This document shows positions 12,902 through 25,600 of a stretch of 64,000 nt of DNA, piece after piece. The position numbers and the translations under genes are program-made. This DNA is from Chrysomallon squamiferum (Eukaryota > Animalia > Mollusca), in the NCBI GenBank assembly GCA_012295275.1, contig CM022667.1:13826001-13890000 (forward strand), given 5' to 3'. Every line of letters starts with the position of its first letter. The first letter of the stretch is position 1. The notes beneath the pieces were generated by a model, which was not told where the DNA came from, did not search any database, and was given only the letters and a program-made list of their open reading frames with translations.

Positions 12902-14879
12902 TTATCAGTAGTAATAGTAGTTTTAATATTTGTTTTAATAATTAGTTTGTAAAAAATAAAGAAAAAATAGGTGGTAATAATGAAGCAATATTTGTAATGC
13001 TGGTGGTGGTAGAGCAGTAATAGCATTTGTGGTTGTGGTAGCAGTAGTAAGGGTAGTGTGGTAGTACCAGCTGTAATACTAGTAGTGTCTGCTAGTAATT
13101 GTATTGAAAGCAATAATTGTGAAAGTAATAGCTTCCTCTTTTATTTTATTATTTTTTTTTACTATTATATTTTTTGTCTTATTCAATTTTTCTTTCTTTT
13201 CTTAACTTTACTTCAGTTCACTTCACTTCACTCTTTTTAAATTATTTGTTTTATTCAGATGAATCAAATGGCACAACAACACAGACATGCAGTTGAAGAG
13301 TTTCAGAGTAAATTAGAACCCAGCCAGATTGAGAAGGAAGAACTTTCATTATATCCTTTTATCTTCCATAAATTAAATACACAGTTATAGATATTTGTAA
13401 TACAAAAAAAGACAGTGCTTTATTTTTTCAACATTATACTCTAATGATACCAAAATCTAACTTCGAAGATGAGTATTGTAAATGCAGCGTGTATTCTTGG
13501 ATCAAAAAAGTGAATAATTGTCTTAAATTGTATTAAATTAAAATAAATAAATAGATAAATAAATTAATTTAATTAATTAGTTATTTAATTAATAATTAAA
13601 ATAAATAAGTAAATAAAAACAGATAAAATAAAATAAAATAAATTAAATATATAACAATATAAATTAATAAAGAACAAAAATATAACAATAATAATAAATA
13701 AATACATTTTAAAGTAATAATGCTAACATTAATGCCAAATGCAGCATTTTACAACATGGTGTTACAAGTTGATTAAATAACCTGATAAGACTTGGCAACT
13801 TGTACTGAAATCATTTGTGTCAACACTTGCACTCATTTTATTTTTAACATGTTTTATTCCTTGACTTGTGATCACTTTACGAGAGGAACATCACAAACTG
13901 AAGAACATGGTGGAAGAGATGGAGACAGCTAACAAAGAGAAAAACCAGGAGATTGAATCATTAAAGGTAACTAGATCATTTTGAGACTATTTCAGCGTGA
14001 TATGAGTTACAGTAATGTTTGGAGAAGGTTAATGTTTTTTTGTTTGTTCAATTTGCCTAGTATTTTATGTCTAAAATATATTATATGAGGCTGATTTAGT
14101 ATTTGGGCCTTTTATATGTAACTAGAATTCAGATCATTCTGAGCATCTAATATTGATTTAGTGAAAATGTATTTCAGTAATACTTAGAGAAACTAGATTT
14201 TTTGTTTGTTTGTTGCAATTTGTTCATTTTTTGACATCTAAAATGTGAAGAAAAATAATTATATAAGTATTCGGGCCATGATTAGAGAGGGTTTCATGAA
14301 CACTCAAACTTTAATGTCCAAAATTATAGTGATGGACTTGTTTAAATTTTATCAATATATTGTTTTGTTGGATTTTTTTTCTTTTCTTTTCTTTGTTTTA
14401 TCTATAAATTATGTAGTGTGTATCTGTGTTTGTGTGTGTGTGTGTGTCTGTATTTGTGCGTGTGTCTGTATTTGTGCGAGTTAAAAAAAATAACAAACAT
14501 TTCTTTTTGTTTCTTAGCTTCAGACGATAGAAATGGAAAGAAAATTCGAATCACATGCCACATCTTCTGAGACAATGTATGAAAGGAGGTAAGTATTAAC
14601 AACTGTAATAAAGTCACAAAGAAACAGAAGTATTTTAGTTTTTAAATGTATAAAGAAACATTAAATATATCTTATTTATTGGACCTACTTTGGTAGCTAA
14701 AGAGAATTAGGAAGAATTATGTTCTAAAAAGAGAACATGTATGTAAATAATTATCTGTGTCTCTATTCTGGGTATCCTTTTCTAAATTATTTTTCCTTAA
14801 GACTTAGTGTTGATTTTTTTTAATTGCAACATTAGGAAGCATTATAATTCATGATGAAATATTTCAAGAGACAAATGAA

Positions 14880-14923
<44 letters not shown>

Positions 14924-16300
14924 GTTTATATACATATATATATGAATTTTTGTACCAGGATTTCAGAGCTGTTGAATGAAGTTTCAGAAAAAACAGTTGA
15001 AATTGAAAAACTGCGTTTAGAAAATGACAACAAGGACACCAACCAGTCAGAAAGGATAAAAGATCTGGAAGAAAGGTTTGTTTAATTTTTTTATAGTTTA
15101 AAAACATTTTTGGTTATCAGTAATGTGTTCAAAGTTTAATAGCAGAGTGATGCTAGTAAATATCACATGTTAATTTTAAGTTTTAAAATACATCACAGAG
15201 CATTTTATGATGAGCTAATTAATTTATACAAAAAAAGCCAATTTCTATTAAAGAAAAAATAATCTGGCTTGGTAGTTCATTCTCAGATGTGTGTCATGTT
15301 ATTGCCAGTGCTGTAAATGTATAAAAAATTATTGAATATTTAATAATACTAATAATACTAATAATGAATGGTTAGCCAGTATACTCAAGAGTTGGCAGTA
15401 GTCAAGATATGCAATATACTTGCTCTCTGTGACAACTTGACTATTTTATATATCCATGAAAATGGACTTATGATAGATTGATTTCAAAGATGTCAAAAGG
15501 GGTGAACCTTATCTAATAAATAATAACAATTTGAAAAAAATATATCATCGAGTTTGCTACTTTCCTTATTTTTTCTCATATTGAAGTTTATCAGTTTAGT
15601 GACTTGGCCAAAATAAAGAGAGCTATATTCAGCTATTTTAGACTTTCAGTATATAATTCTGTATTTTAAAATTTAAACATTTTTCAGACTTAATGCTGAA
15701 GTAGCTGCTGCAGCCCAATGTAAAGATGATGTTGAAAGGTAAATCATTTATATATATTTCAATTGTGCCAGAAAAAGAAGAAATGTGGATTTTCTTCATC
15801 ATCCATTTATTATTATTATTATTTGTGTTTGTATGTGTATCTGTGTGTGTGTAAATAAAATACACAAATAAATGAAGCTGTGATGTAGATGAATTTTGAA
15901 AGTGTGGTCACTGATTTGTGGTGTTTTGCAGACTGAAGCAGATGGTCAGTGAGGATGGGGTCACTATCACATCACTGCATTTAGAGATTCACAATCTGAA
16001 GGAAGCCAATGCAAAACTTTCCAAGGTCAGTTACAAATTTTATAAAATAAAATCCTAACGTACAAGATTTTTTCAACTCAGCTGTTATTAAAATGATTCT
16101 AAAAAACTGTTATAATTTCCTATCAGGACATTTTTGTTATAAGAAGATTCTGTTTACAAAATAGACTTAATTTGAATACTTGGGCAATTCCTGAATTATC
16201 AAGCCAAAAAATAAAGGCAGTTTTTATAACTGTCTTGTTGTTTTTGTCATTTTATAATTTTTTTATTGTTATTATAGATATTATTATAATGATGATGATG

Positions 16301-16379
<79 letters not shown>

Positions 16380-16833
16380 TACTGTTTTCAGGAAAATGCT
16401 GAGCTTGTAGGTCATCATAATTTGCGACAGAAGATTCAGTACCATGCTCAGGTGAAAGAGAAAAATACAGCACTGATGCACGTAAGTTGTTCTTTTGTCA
16501 TCGCATCTGAAGCTAGAGAGATCACTTCTCCTTAGTCATGTTTCAGCTAACATCTTAATACATCCAGAATCAGACAATCAGGATGTTGAAGTCTTTGATT
16601 CCCAACTGTTATTTATATATAGTTATTTATATAGATAGATAGATAGGTATATCAATTTCTCTTTTTTGTTTCAGGAAAATGCTAAACTGAAAGGAGAGCT
16701 GGCAAAATATAAAATGATGAAGAATACACCATCCTCAGCTCTGAAAGAAAACCGATGCAATGATCTGAGCCAGGAAAAATCAAAAGATAAACTGAAAACT
16801 CCAAACAAGCTTTTTCAGTCTGATGATTCTTGA
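1..16833 (+). CDS. KIF15: Kinesin-like protein KIF15 (kinesin-12): end of motor domain, coiled-coil stalk and C-terminal basic leucine-zipper tail; 5'-partial
   Basis: Phase-consistent exons: 1-48, 452-569, 1253-1335, 2105-2254, 2542-2728, 3424-3521, 4071-4250, 4863-5057, 6281-6388, 6959-7064, 7517-7635, 7806-7883, 8473-8589, 9006-9086, 10340-10510, 10865-11092, 11426-11524, 12647-12685, 13259-13350, 13876-13966, 14518-14588, 14959-15075, 15688-15738, 15932-16025, 16392-16481, 16675-16833 (TGA). Translation gives LSTLMFARRAKMIKNK|AVVNQDMSGNVIQMQTEIRRLKDQL (kinesin helix 6 and neck, KIF15-type), KKEKNCQTLRMIIKFREETIKKLE, and the C-terminal LVGHHNLRQKIQYHAQVKEKN motif shared by KIF15 and HMMR. 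Confidence 0.92.
610..1000 (+). repeat. Diverged ~220-bp tandem duplication in a KIF15 intron
   Basis: AAAGTT.TCTGTTATTTGTCAAAATAC.ATGAAA...AATT.GGAATGTTTTAAATAA occurs at ~641-780 and ~858-1000. Confidence 0.8.
2783..3091 (+). mobile_element. Decayed TA-flanked MITE with CAGTGAAAC-type TIRs (Tc1/mariner/pogo class)
   Basis: Left ACTGTGAAACTTCTC (a second left end at ~2917) and right AGACGTTTCACTGTA. Confidence 0.5.
3720..4060. repeat. Degenerate (ATT)n microsatellite tract
   Basis: Long ATT-rich run that produces the spurious poly-Ile ORFs. Confidence 0.9.
4347..4523 (+). mobile_element. Decayed copy of the same Tigger-type MITE in a KIF15 intron
   Basis: CAGCTTGGGGATCCATTATTCAAAAT ... 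AATTTGAAGCACTTCCAATCTCAAACATTTTGAATACAG...CCTGTA aligns to both ends of the 61637-61901 element. Confidence 0.6.
5040..5527 (+). repeat. Tandem repeat (~85-bp unit, 6 copies) spanning a KIF15 exon end and 5' splice site
   Basis: Units start at 5040, 5125, 5210, 5297, 5358 and 5443 with GAAATCRCTCAGTTGTTG|GTAARCCTGGT; the first copy is the real exon end. Confidence 0.95.
9470..10380 (+). repeat. Tandem repeat (~110-125-bp unit, ~9 copies) spanning a KIF15 3' splice site and exon start
   Basis: Copies of CTAG|GATAAACAGATAGTTCACTA at ~9479, 9591, 9678, 9791, 9905, 10018, 10107, 10211 and 10336 (real acceptor, exon starts at 10340). Confidence 0.93.
11740..12140 (+). repeat. Diverged ~280-bp-spaced duplication in a KIF15 intron
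   Basis: AAGGACATGATATAAATTATTT(T)GAATTA.AAAGAAAAGC...GGTACT.CTGCTTAAATAGGTTCTGT at ~11742-11808 and ~12022-12089. Confidence 0.85.
13351..13875 (+). other. U12-type AT-AC intron in KIF15
   Basis: 5' end ATATCCTTTT at 13351; branch-site TTCCTTGAC at 13857-13865; AC at 13874-13875. The join TT|T TTA CGA GAG keeps the coiled-coil frame, while the alternative AC at 13879-13880 leads to a stop. Confidence 0.9.
16301..16378. repeat. (ATT)n microsatellite abutting a KIF15 acceptor
   Basis: About 25 perfect ATT units just upstream of the exon at 16392. Confidence 0.95.
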
Positions 16834-17025
16834 GAACTATTAGTTAGGTGACTTGTGAAAAAATCCCCTGACTTTCAAAACAGTGTAGTAATATTAAAAC
16901 AGTAGGTCATGTAAGCAGGTATGAATGATGCATGCTTTGTGCTTATATGTACATACGTATAATTGGAAGACTTGGGTTAAACAATTTTTCACTTATTTTT
17001 AAAATTAGAATTAAATTCAGTAAAT

Positions 17026-17059
<34 letters not shown>

Positions 17060-19047
17060 ATAGCAATGTATATCACATTATAATTTTTCTTTTCTTAATT
17101 TACAGTGTATAATAATTGTAAATACTTTTAGGTTTACATTTTCTGTCCAGCCTCTTTTTTTTGTGAGGTATGTGTGTGTATATATTGATATCATTAGGCA
17201 AATTTAGACCAACTGACATAAATAATGTTTTGACATGGCCAGATTAGATACCAATTAGTTGTTATTAGACCTTATGTGCTTATTAATATATAACAAATAG
17301 GACTTCATACGCTGTATATAGATCCTAATACTAATTGTCTTCTAACACTAATATTTTTCAATAACATTTTTCAAATTAGATGATTGACAAATGAGATTTA
17401 TACACAGGGTTGGGTTCCACTACAAGCTAAAATAAAGCTGAAGTGTAAGAAAGGGCCTTTGTGATTGTCATTTCACTTGTTGCATAACATTTTATCTTTC
17501 TTAACCCTTGTGAAATAGGGCCTGTTAAGGACTTCCATAGCTGAGGTTCTCACCAGTTAAACCCGACATTCTAAGACACTAGACATACAGCTAGTAACAC
17601 TTCATTATATTCCCAAGGTAGACCTGGTCTTCTGTATGTGTAAAAAATGGCTAAAATGTTTCATAGGTACATATTCCTGTATTTCAGACCCTTTCTCAGG
17701 TTTAAAATCAGGTTCTGTTTTTGTCTAATACTGGTTAGTGATGATGTTTGTTGTTTCGTTTGCTGTATTGTTATTGATTAGCAGTATTATTCATCACTTA
17801 GATGTGCCTTAAACTGAGCCAGATATTTATTATTTTATTCAGTATTTGATGCTTCTTCATGAAGCACTTACTGGTAATGTATCTTTGTAGAAAATGTCTG
17901 TACTGTAAATCTTGTTTTCAATCAACTCTGTCCTTTTTCTTTTCTTTCAGATGTCTTAAATAACATCTATCTATTCTTAATAATTATTGCTATTTGTTAA
18001 TTAATTTATTTATTATTATTTTTTTTTTGGTCAAATGTTTTAAATAACTTCTTTTTATTCTGAATCATCTTGATGTTTTTATTTATTTATTTTATTTGGT
18101 TTTTTAATAGCAAAGTTGCAGTATTTAAACATTTATTATGAAATTTCAGAAATTTGTGTTTATTGTAAATTCTGTGCAATTGCTCTTTATTTTAAACAAC
18201 AAATTTTTCTATGAATTTAAACAGAAAAATACTGGCTTTATGTACAGCCATAATCCTTTGTTTGTTTTGTTTGTTGTTTTTTTTTACTTCGAATACAAAT
18301 CTTTTAAGTAAAAGAAAACTTGATTCTGCTGATGTTTTAAAGCCATGGGTGTCTGAAATATTGCAGTATTTTTAAAGTGAACCTGATGTGTTAATAAGTA
18401 ACCATGCATTTTATATGTACTTTGAAGAGGGTGTTTATGAAAATCAACCTTTGTTGTTAATGAAGGATAAAAATTTTGTAACAAGCTAGTAAGCATGAAA
18501 AAGAGTGACATTTTCTCTTCTTTAGGTACACCCAGTTATTCACTGATGGTAAAGATAAATGAACTGACTTGTAATGTCCTTTAAGTCTGTACTTTCTACG
18601 GCAGCCTCCATGTTGTTATTATTAAACTTTGGTCTCTGGTAACAGAACAGTGCACTTATAATAATCATTGTAGAAAATTAATAGCTAAGGTTTAATTTCA
18701 GTTTAAGATACCAAAATGTATCTTAGAATTTTCAGGAAAATGACACTCATAATGAAGAAAATATTCCATTTTCAGTATATTTGTAAAGAAAATAATCAAA
18801 TGATCATAAGAATTTGAAAAAATTAATATCTTTCACCCAGTTTATTAATAAAAGATAAATAAAATGCATAAAAAAAAGTATATACTAAAATAGTTAGAAC
18901 AAGTATATAAAATAAAATACATATAATCAAAAGTTCAATTGCACTCAGTATAAACATGAAATAATTTAAATATAATTATAAACAATAAATTATATTTTAA
19001 TAGGAAACTTTCACTGATAGTGATAATATTGGTGTCATAAACTTTGA

Positions 19048-19266
19048 TGGTTTCTTCTTAAATTTTATTATCATTGATTAACATTTAGTTTATTTAATGT
19101 AGTTATCCCACCAAAAACATAAATAAATAAATATAATGAAATAATAACCTGGTTTCTTCTTAAATTTTATTATCATTGATTAACATTTAGTTTATTTAAT
19201 GTAATCCCACCAAAAACACCCCCCCACCAAAAACATAAATAAATAAATATAATGAAATAATAACCT
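19048..19266. repeat. Near-perfect ~102-bp direct tandem duplication downstream of the RARS2 stop codon
   Basis: TGGTTTCTTCTTAAATTTTATTATCATTGATTAACATTTAG...AAATAATAACC at 19048-19149 and again at 19150-19265; the second copy has a short internal re-duplication. Confidence 0.95.
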
Positions 19267-19471
19267 ATTTTAAAAAAATGTCCCTTTTGGTCATTTCCCA
19301 TGCTTTCAACAAATGGAATAAAAGATGATGTGTTTTACTTTCCATGTGAAATTTTAATATAATATACAATGTTTTTGTATATTCAGTTTGAATATATGTA
19401 TATCAAATGAACTATTTTAGTGACATGTCACTTTATATAATGGGAGATAATCTACTAAATTTAAACTACAA

Positions 19472-19673
19472 TCACATCTTCTCAAGTGGTTCGATTCCAA
19501 GAACATGGAGTCCATTAGCAAGAGTTTGTTTTGAACACAGAAACAGTAACAGACGAGCCTGAAAAGAAAAATAATAATAAAAAAATACATCCTCATTGAT
19601 CTCAAAATACAAGGAAATGATTAACTGTCAATACATTTTTTTTTTTGCTGAGCTGATATTTTTTAAAGTTTAA

Positions 19674-19728
<55 letters not shown>

Positions 19729-21667
19729 ACCCAATCCATACAATCAATGTTTCCAAACCACTGAGTGGGATTTTTGATGCTTTAAATAGGAACAGAAACA
19801 GAGTAGCCAAAACAATCATATTTTGTAAATTGAAATGAGGCAACATTCTGTGTGTGTGGTACCACTAGAGTGACCATACAGCCAGACAGCTTAGAAGCAG
19901 CCTTGCATACAAATGATGTTAAATATGGATAGAATACCAAACACGAAAAAAAACAAGCCCATATTAAACTTTCAGTATTTCTAATTTACCATTCTTCTAT
20001 GTGTAATAATATCTCTACAACAATTTAAATATTACTTACCTGAGCAACATCAGAGTTTTCTCCCTTTACAGGAAGTTGGCTGTATGCCAAGTTTGTCAGA
20101 TGTCTGTAATTAAAACCAAAATATTTCATTTATTTAAATATTTTTATGGCTGTTACGATATTAATCCTACTCAGAGCAATACTTATTTTTACTTATTTTT
20201 TATTGTTAAAAATTGTAAACACTGTTCTGTTTAATGTAATATTAAAATCAAGAAACATTTTTGTTCTTGCTTTCATACTAATTTGCTATTCTAGACAGTG
20301 TTCCTTTACTGTTTTAATCTATGAGTGGTATATTCTTTTCTATCAATTATTTCATGTTATACATTCATTAATAATAAAAGATACTGATTTTGATTCTTTC
20401 CTTTATACAAAACACAGGTGTACTTACGCTAATCTGAAAAGATACTGAACAATGTAACATGGCTCCAAGTTTTCCCATGCTTTCTGAACCACTTCTGGGT
20501 ATCTGCAAATTAAAAATAAATTTTAAGAGATTTCTAAATCTTTAAGAATACAGTATGATTTTGATATGGTTTATTTAGAAAATTGAACAGTTCTTTAAAA
20601 TTTCAGTATTATATAAAACACAAAAGATAGCAACAATAATAATGATACCCTTTGGCTAAAAACAAGCCCACACTAAATGTTATCAATATACTGACATCTA
20701 CATTTGAAACAGCTTTCAAGAACAAATAATTATTTTTTTGAATTCAAAATTTTAAAACAAAGCATTTTACAATTTATGGTTAAAAATGTTATCAACACAG
20801 ATTTTCATAATTTGTATTTATTTGGTTTTTTACAGTATAATATTTTATAATACAATATATAATTTTGTATTAGAACATATTCTAACCTGGCCAAATGAAG
20901 AATAAGCTGCTGTGCTGAATTTTCAACCAAGCTCTGAATGCTGACATTGTCAGTTAGATCAATACCACAGGTCCTCTGCATACTGGAAAAAAAAATAATA
21001 ATAATAAATAAATAAACAAATAAAACAAAATAAAAATACAAATGAAAAAAATGTAAAATGAATTTAAAAATTTACCCTATTTTCATGATAATTGGGGGTA
21101 AATGTAAATATTTATAATTGGTAGCGATAGAAAAACTTATAATTTTTTATAATTTTAGTACTACATTCCAGCCATTCTAAAACAGGAGTATCAAAAACAA
21201 GGATACATATTTTACTGTTTATGGGAAGGTAAATATGAGAACAAACTTTCAGCTTATCAGTAAAACTGACTCAAACTTTGTCAGCACAAGATTTCATTCA
21301 TATCATTATCACAGAATCCCATATCTGTTGCTTAAAACTTTATAAAAATATTTTCCATTCATGTTTGTTCATTAATTTAATCCTTTCTTCTTTCTTTGTT
21401 TTATTAGGCAGCTATAACGACTGCATTAATGTTCATTTGTTCTTTTAATTAATTCAGACAGTTTCTTTTAATACCTGCAGAGTCTAGCATGACAGTACTG
21501 AAGAAAGACACCTGAGTCTGATTTGAAGTTTAACATTCGTTCCCAGCTGAACTTGTAATTTCTAATCCGCCGATCTCTCAGATCTTGAACAATTATTGAG
21601 CTGATTCCAAGTCTGTCACTGACTTCCTCAATGTCAATACCTTCTCTTGTGGCTGGTTTAAACAGAA

Positions 21668-21706
<39 letters not shown>

Positions 21707-21723
21707 ATATATAAATAAATATA

Positions 21724-21755
<32 letters not shown>

Positions 21756-22647
21756 AATAAATCATTAAAAAATGTATAATATTAATAAAATTGTTTTTAA
21801 AAAATGTTGTCACAGTGATTATTTGAAAAAAAAAGTTTTCAAAATTAATCTTTTAGTTTTGTATATCTCATAAATGTGCAAGTAAGTTTATTTGAAAATA
21901 ATAAAAAAAAAAAGTAAAACGTAACTAATGTAGCAATAATTTAGCAATTAAAAAATAAAAAATAATAATGAAAATAAGAATTATAATAATAAACACTGAT
22001 AATAATAATTAAAAATAAAATACAATAATGACATTCAGTAGCAGATAAAAGTTACTGAAATGTAGCAGTCATTATGTAATACTAATAACAGGAGCTATTG
22101 TAAATATGTGTACAGTTATATTGATAAAACAGTAAAAACAACAGTAAATTTAATAGCAATTATATAAATAATAAATTAAAAAATTTAGTTTATATTTAAA
22201 AAAGAATAAAATATATGCTGGCACTATTCAGAAGAAAAAAAACCCACACCAACAAAATCATTTATAATTTACCAATCAGATAACCAAATGAGATTGTGAA
22301 CATTAAAATTCCAGATTTAATATAAAGAAAGAAAATGAGGAAAATATAATTAAATAATTTAATGAACATACTTTCTTTTTCTTGCAGTGTTTTTATCATC
22401 CTTGTTTTTGCCTCATCTAGAATGTCTCGCAAGAAGATTACCTCCCCTTTCCTTGTTCTCATCCCTTCTATACGTCCAAATTGTATGTGTATATCATTTA
22501 GTTCTCTGTAATGATAATGATGATGACACAGGATGATGACGATAACAACAACAACAATAAGGCTGATAATAACTAATAATGAGAATAAGTCTACTACTAC
22601 TACTATTAATAACCATATTAATCTTAATACTGATGATAAGAAAAACA

Positions 22648-22681
<34 letters not shown>

Positions 22682-25600
22682 GAATAATAATGATAACACC
22701 ACCACCAATAATAATAATAATAATTGCAAAAATAATTTAATACTTTCAAAAATAAGAGTTCAGGATTACTGATCAATTTTAGAATCACTGAAATAACTTT
22801 GTAACTTGTATAATGATTTGCAGCATGATATTGAACAACAACTACAACAATAATAAATAATAATAACAACAATGATGATAATGACCATGTCAACAACAAC
22901 AACAACAGTATCTTTGTACATTTCATATGATAAGTAAAGATTTACGGAATATGTATGTCAGGGTTTATATAGTCATCAAGATAAATACTTTTCCTGAATC
23001 CATGGCTCATTCATCTGCTTGAGAATGCCTAGCAACTGTTCAAAATGTGACCTTTGACCCATCTCTACCTGGAAATAAAAGTAACATTGTGATCTAGTGA
23101 AGTCCCACCCCATTACCTCTGTCAGAATTAAAGTTTAAAATAGAGAAATTTAAGTATGCTGTTTTTTCATTATTTTAGGTAATCTTTATTATGTGCATGA
23201 CTATATATATAAAAGTAAGTGTGTTTATAAAATAGTATATGTGTATAGTTATAATAATAATAAAAATTTATGTGTTTGTTCATGTACAAAAATGAGTGAA
23301 ATATAACATTAGGTGTACAGGTTTTAGGAATAATGTAAAAAATTAAATAAAATAAAAATTGCTTACCACATAATGCATCTTGTCAAATTTGTATTTTTTA
23401 TATCTATCTACAGCAGCTGAAACATCTCTAAAAACAGAAGAAAAACAAAAACATTTCCTATTTAGTTTCAAAGATTCACAAATACTATAATTCTAAAGAT
23501 CTAAAAAAAAAAAAAAAAAAAAAAAACAATATTAAGAAAATATAACATTTAGCAAAATCCATACTAGTGATGTAAAAAAGAAACAAAATAGGAATATTGG
23601 GAATATAAAAATAATTTATATAAGAATAAATAAATAAAATAAATGAGTGAGTGAGTGAGAGTAATTAAATACATAAAATAAAATAAAATATTGAAAATAA
23701 AAGGAAATCTAGTTTTATATTTAAGTTTATGAAATGCTAATGAATTATATGGACTCATTTACTTTTTTATGCTCATTGTTTTTTTTTTACTGATTATCAA
23801 AATATGTCATTATTGAACAATCACAAGGAAGTATAAAAAACATATTTAGGCTATTTGTATAAAAACTGAATGGAATTACAAATATATTCTTTGTATCAAA
23901 CCTATTATTTTTTTTTTTTTTTCATTTTTCAGTCCAAAAGGAAAGATAATACTTTTTTTTTTTGACCCTATATCTTTAATTTCTACCTGGATAAATATAA
24001 TGATGTTCCATCACTTTTAACAAGCTTGGCATGACCCAGTCTTCCAGCAAATGTGACATCCATGTACCCAACACCTGAACTGAAATATAGTATATATTGT
24101 TTACATAAAAAACTTATACTAAATAGTATATTACTAATGATTTTGTTTATCAATTTTTATAAATAATTAAAATAATAATAATAATAATAATAATTAAAAA
24201 AATATAAAAAAATAAAATAAAATAAATAAATCAAATAAAATAAAACAAATCAAATAAACAAATAAATAAATAAATAATAAAAATGAATAATCACAAAAAA
24301 TAAATGAATTGATGAATAAACAAACAAACAAAGATAATAAATTAATAAATTTAAAAATTAAGAATAAAAAAGGGATAAAACCTATCATTAAAAATAATTT
24401 GATGAAAAAAAGGAAATGCACCAACAATTATTTTAATATTTCACATTTACTTCCAAGTCTGATGTTTCCGTCAAGGCAAACATGGAAATCACAAATAGAT
24501 ATTTACAGATGTGAATGTTATTTGTGGTTACTTCCCTTTACCTTGCATCAGATACATTTTAAATTATATTTTCTTTTGATAGCATTACAATATTGATAAT
24601 ATACAAGGACTATCTAAACATAATGGCTGTCATCTAAAAGTTAAATTATCTTACTCATCAAATTTCAGCAGACCTTCATCTTGCAGTCTCTTTACAATGA
24701 CCTTGACCTTGTCATTGTACATTGACTCCATGTGAGTTTCAGTAAATTTGATACCTAATCTCTTCAAAAATAAATTTTTAAAAATTAATCATAGTAATGC
24801 TGTTTTTTTTGTTTTTTTTTAAATATTACAAGAAAAACTATTTGAAATATTTATCCCAGATATACAGTTTAAAATCTTTTCAGATACCAATTTTTTTTTA
24901 ACCCTTTGGGTTTTTGGCCATTTGTAATTTAGTGTAAAATCAGGAAATAAATTTCAGTTTTTAATCTGTGTTGAGCATTTAGTCTCATAAGAGTGAATTA
25001 AGAATTGGTAAATGAAAGTAAACATCAACTTCAATGTTTACCTGTGTTTACCTGATACATTTTGTTGTTTTCTTCAATTGTGATTTTTCTGAACATCTGC
25101 CACAAAGACACAACCTCTGGATCACCTGTAAATAAAATTTGGCATGCAAAAATAATTTTTAAGTGATTAAAAAATGGCAGTAACTAAAAATCTTCACATT
25201 GTTGTAATATCATTGCTTTTGTCCTTTACTTTTGTGAAATATAATGATTTTGTATATACTGTTCGGATTATAAATTATTGTGCTTTTTTTTGTCATTACA
25301 TTACTTTTGCACTGAATGGTTAGATGTTTATATTAGAGGTACTGAAAAACAAATAAATAAATTATGTGGCAGTATATAAAGTTAAATTATTTGATGACAT
25401 TACCTTATTTCCACTTTGACATATCTGAAAGACTTTCAATTTAGAAGTTGCAATGGTAATGACAGTTATTGTGGTGATGATGATTGTCATTGCAACAGAA
25501 GTAGTCAGAGCATTAGAATTGCAACTGTAGTAATAATATTAGTAGTAATAGTTGTAGTAGCAGTAGTAGTAGTGATAACTGTAGTAATAGTGGAACTGTA

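Noticed and set aside
14772-14780. GTATCCTTT U12-like donor inside a KIF15 intron (similar motifs at ~29701, ~29983 and ~60143)
   Set aside because: Not at an exon end needed by any reading frame, and no matching U12 branch site and acceptor were found.
18284-18511. 75-aa minus-strand ORF between KIF15 and RARS2
   Set aside because: No recognisable motif or splice context; it lies in probable UTR or intergenic DNA.
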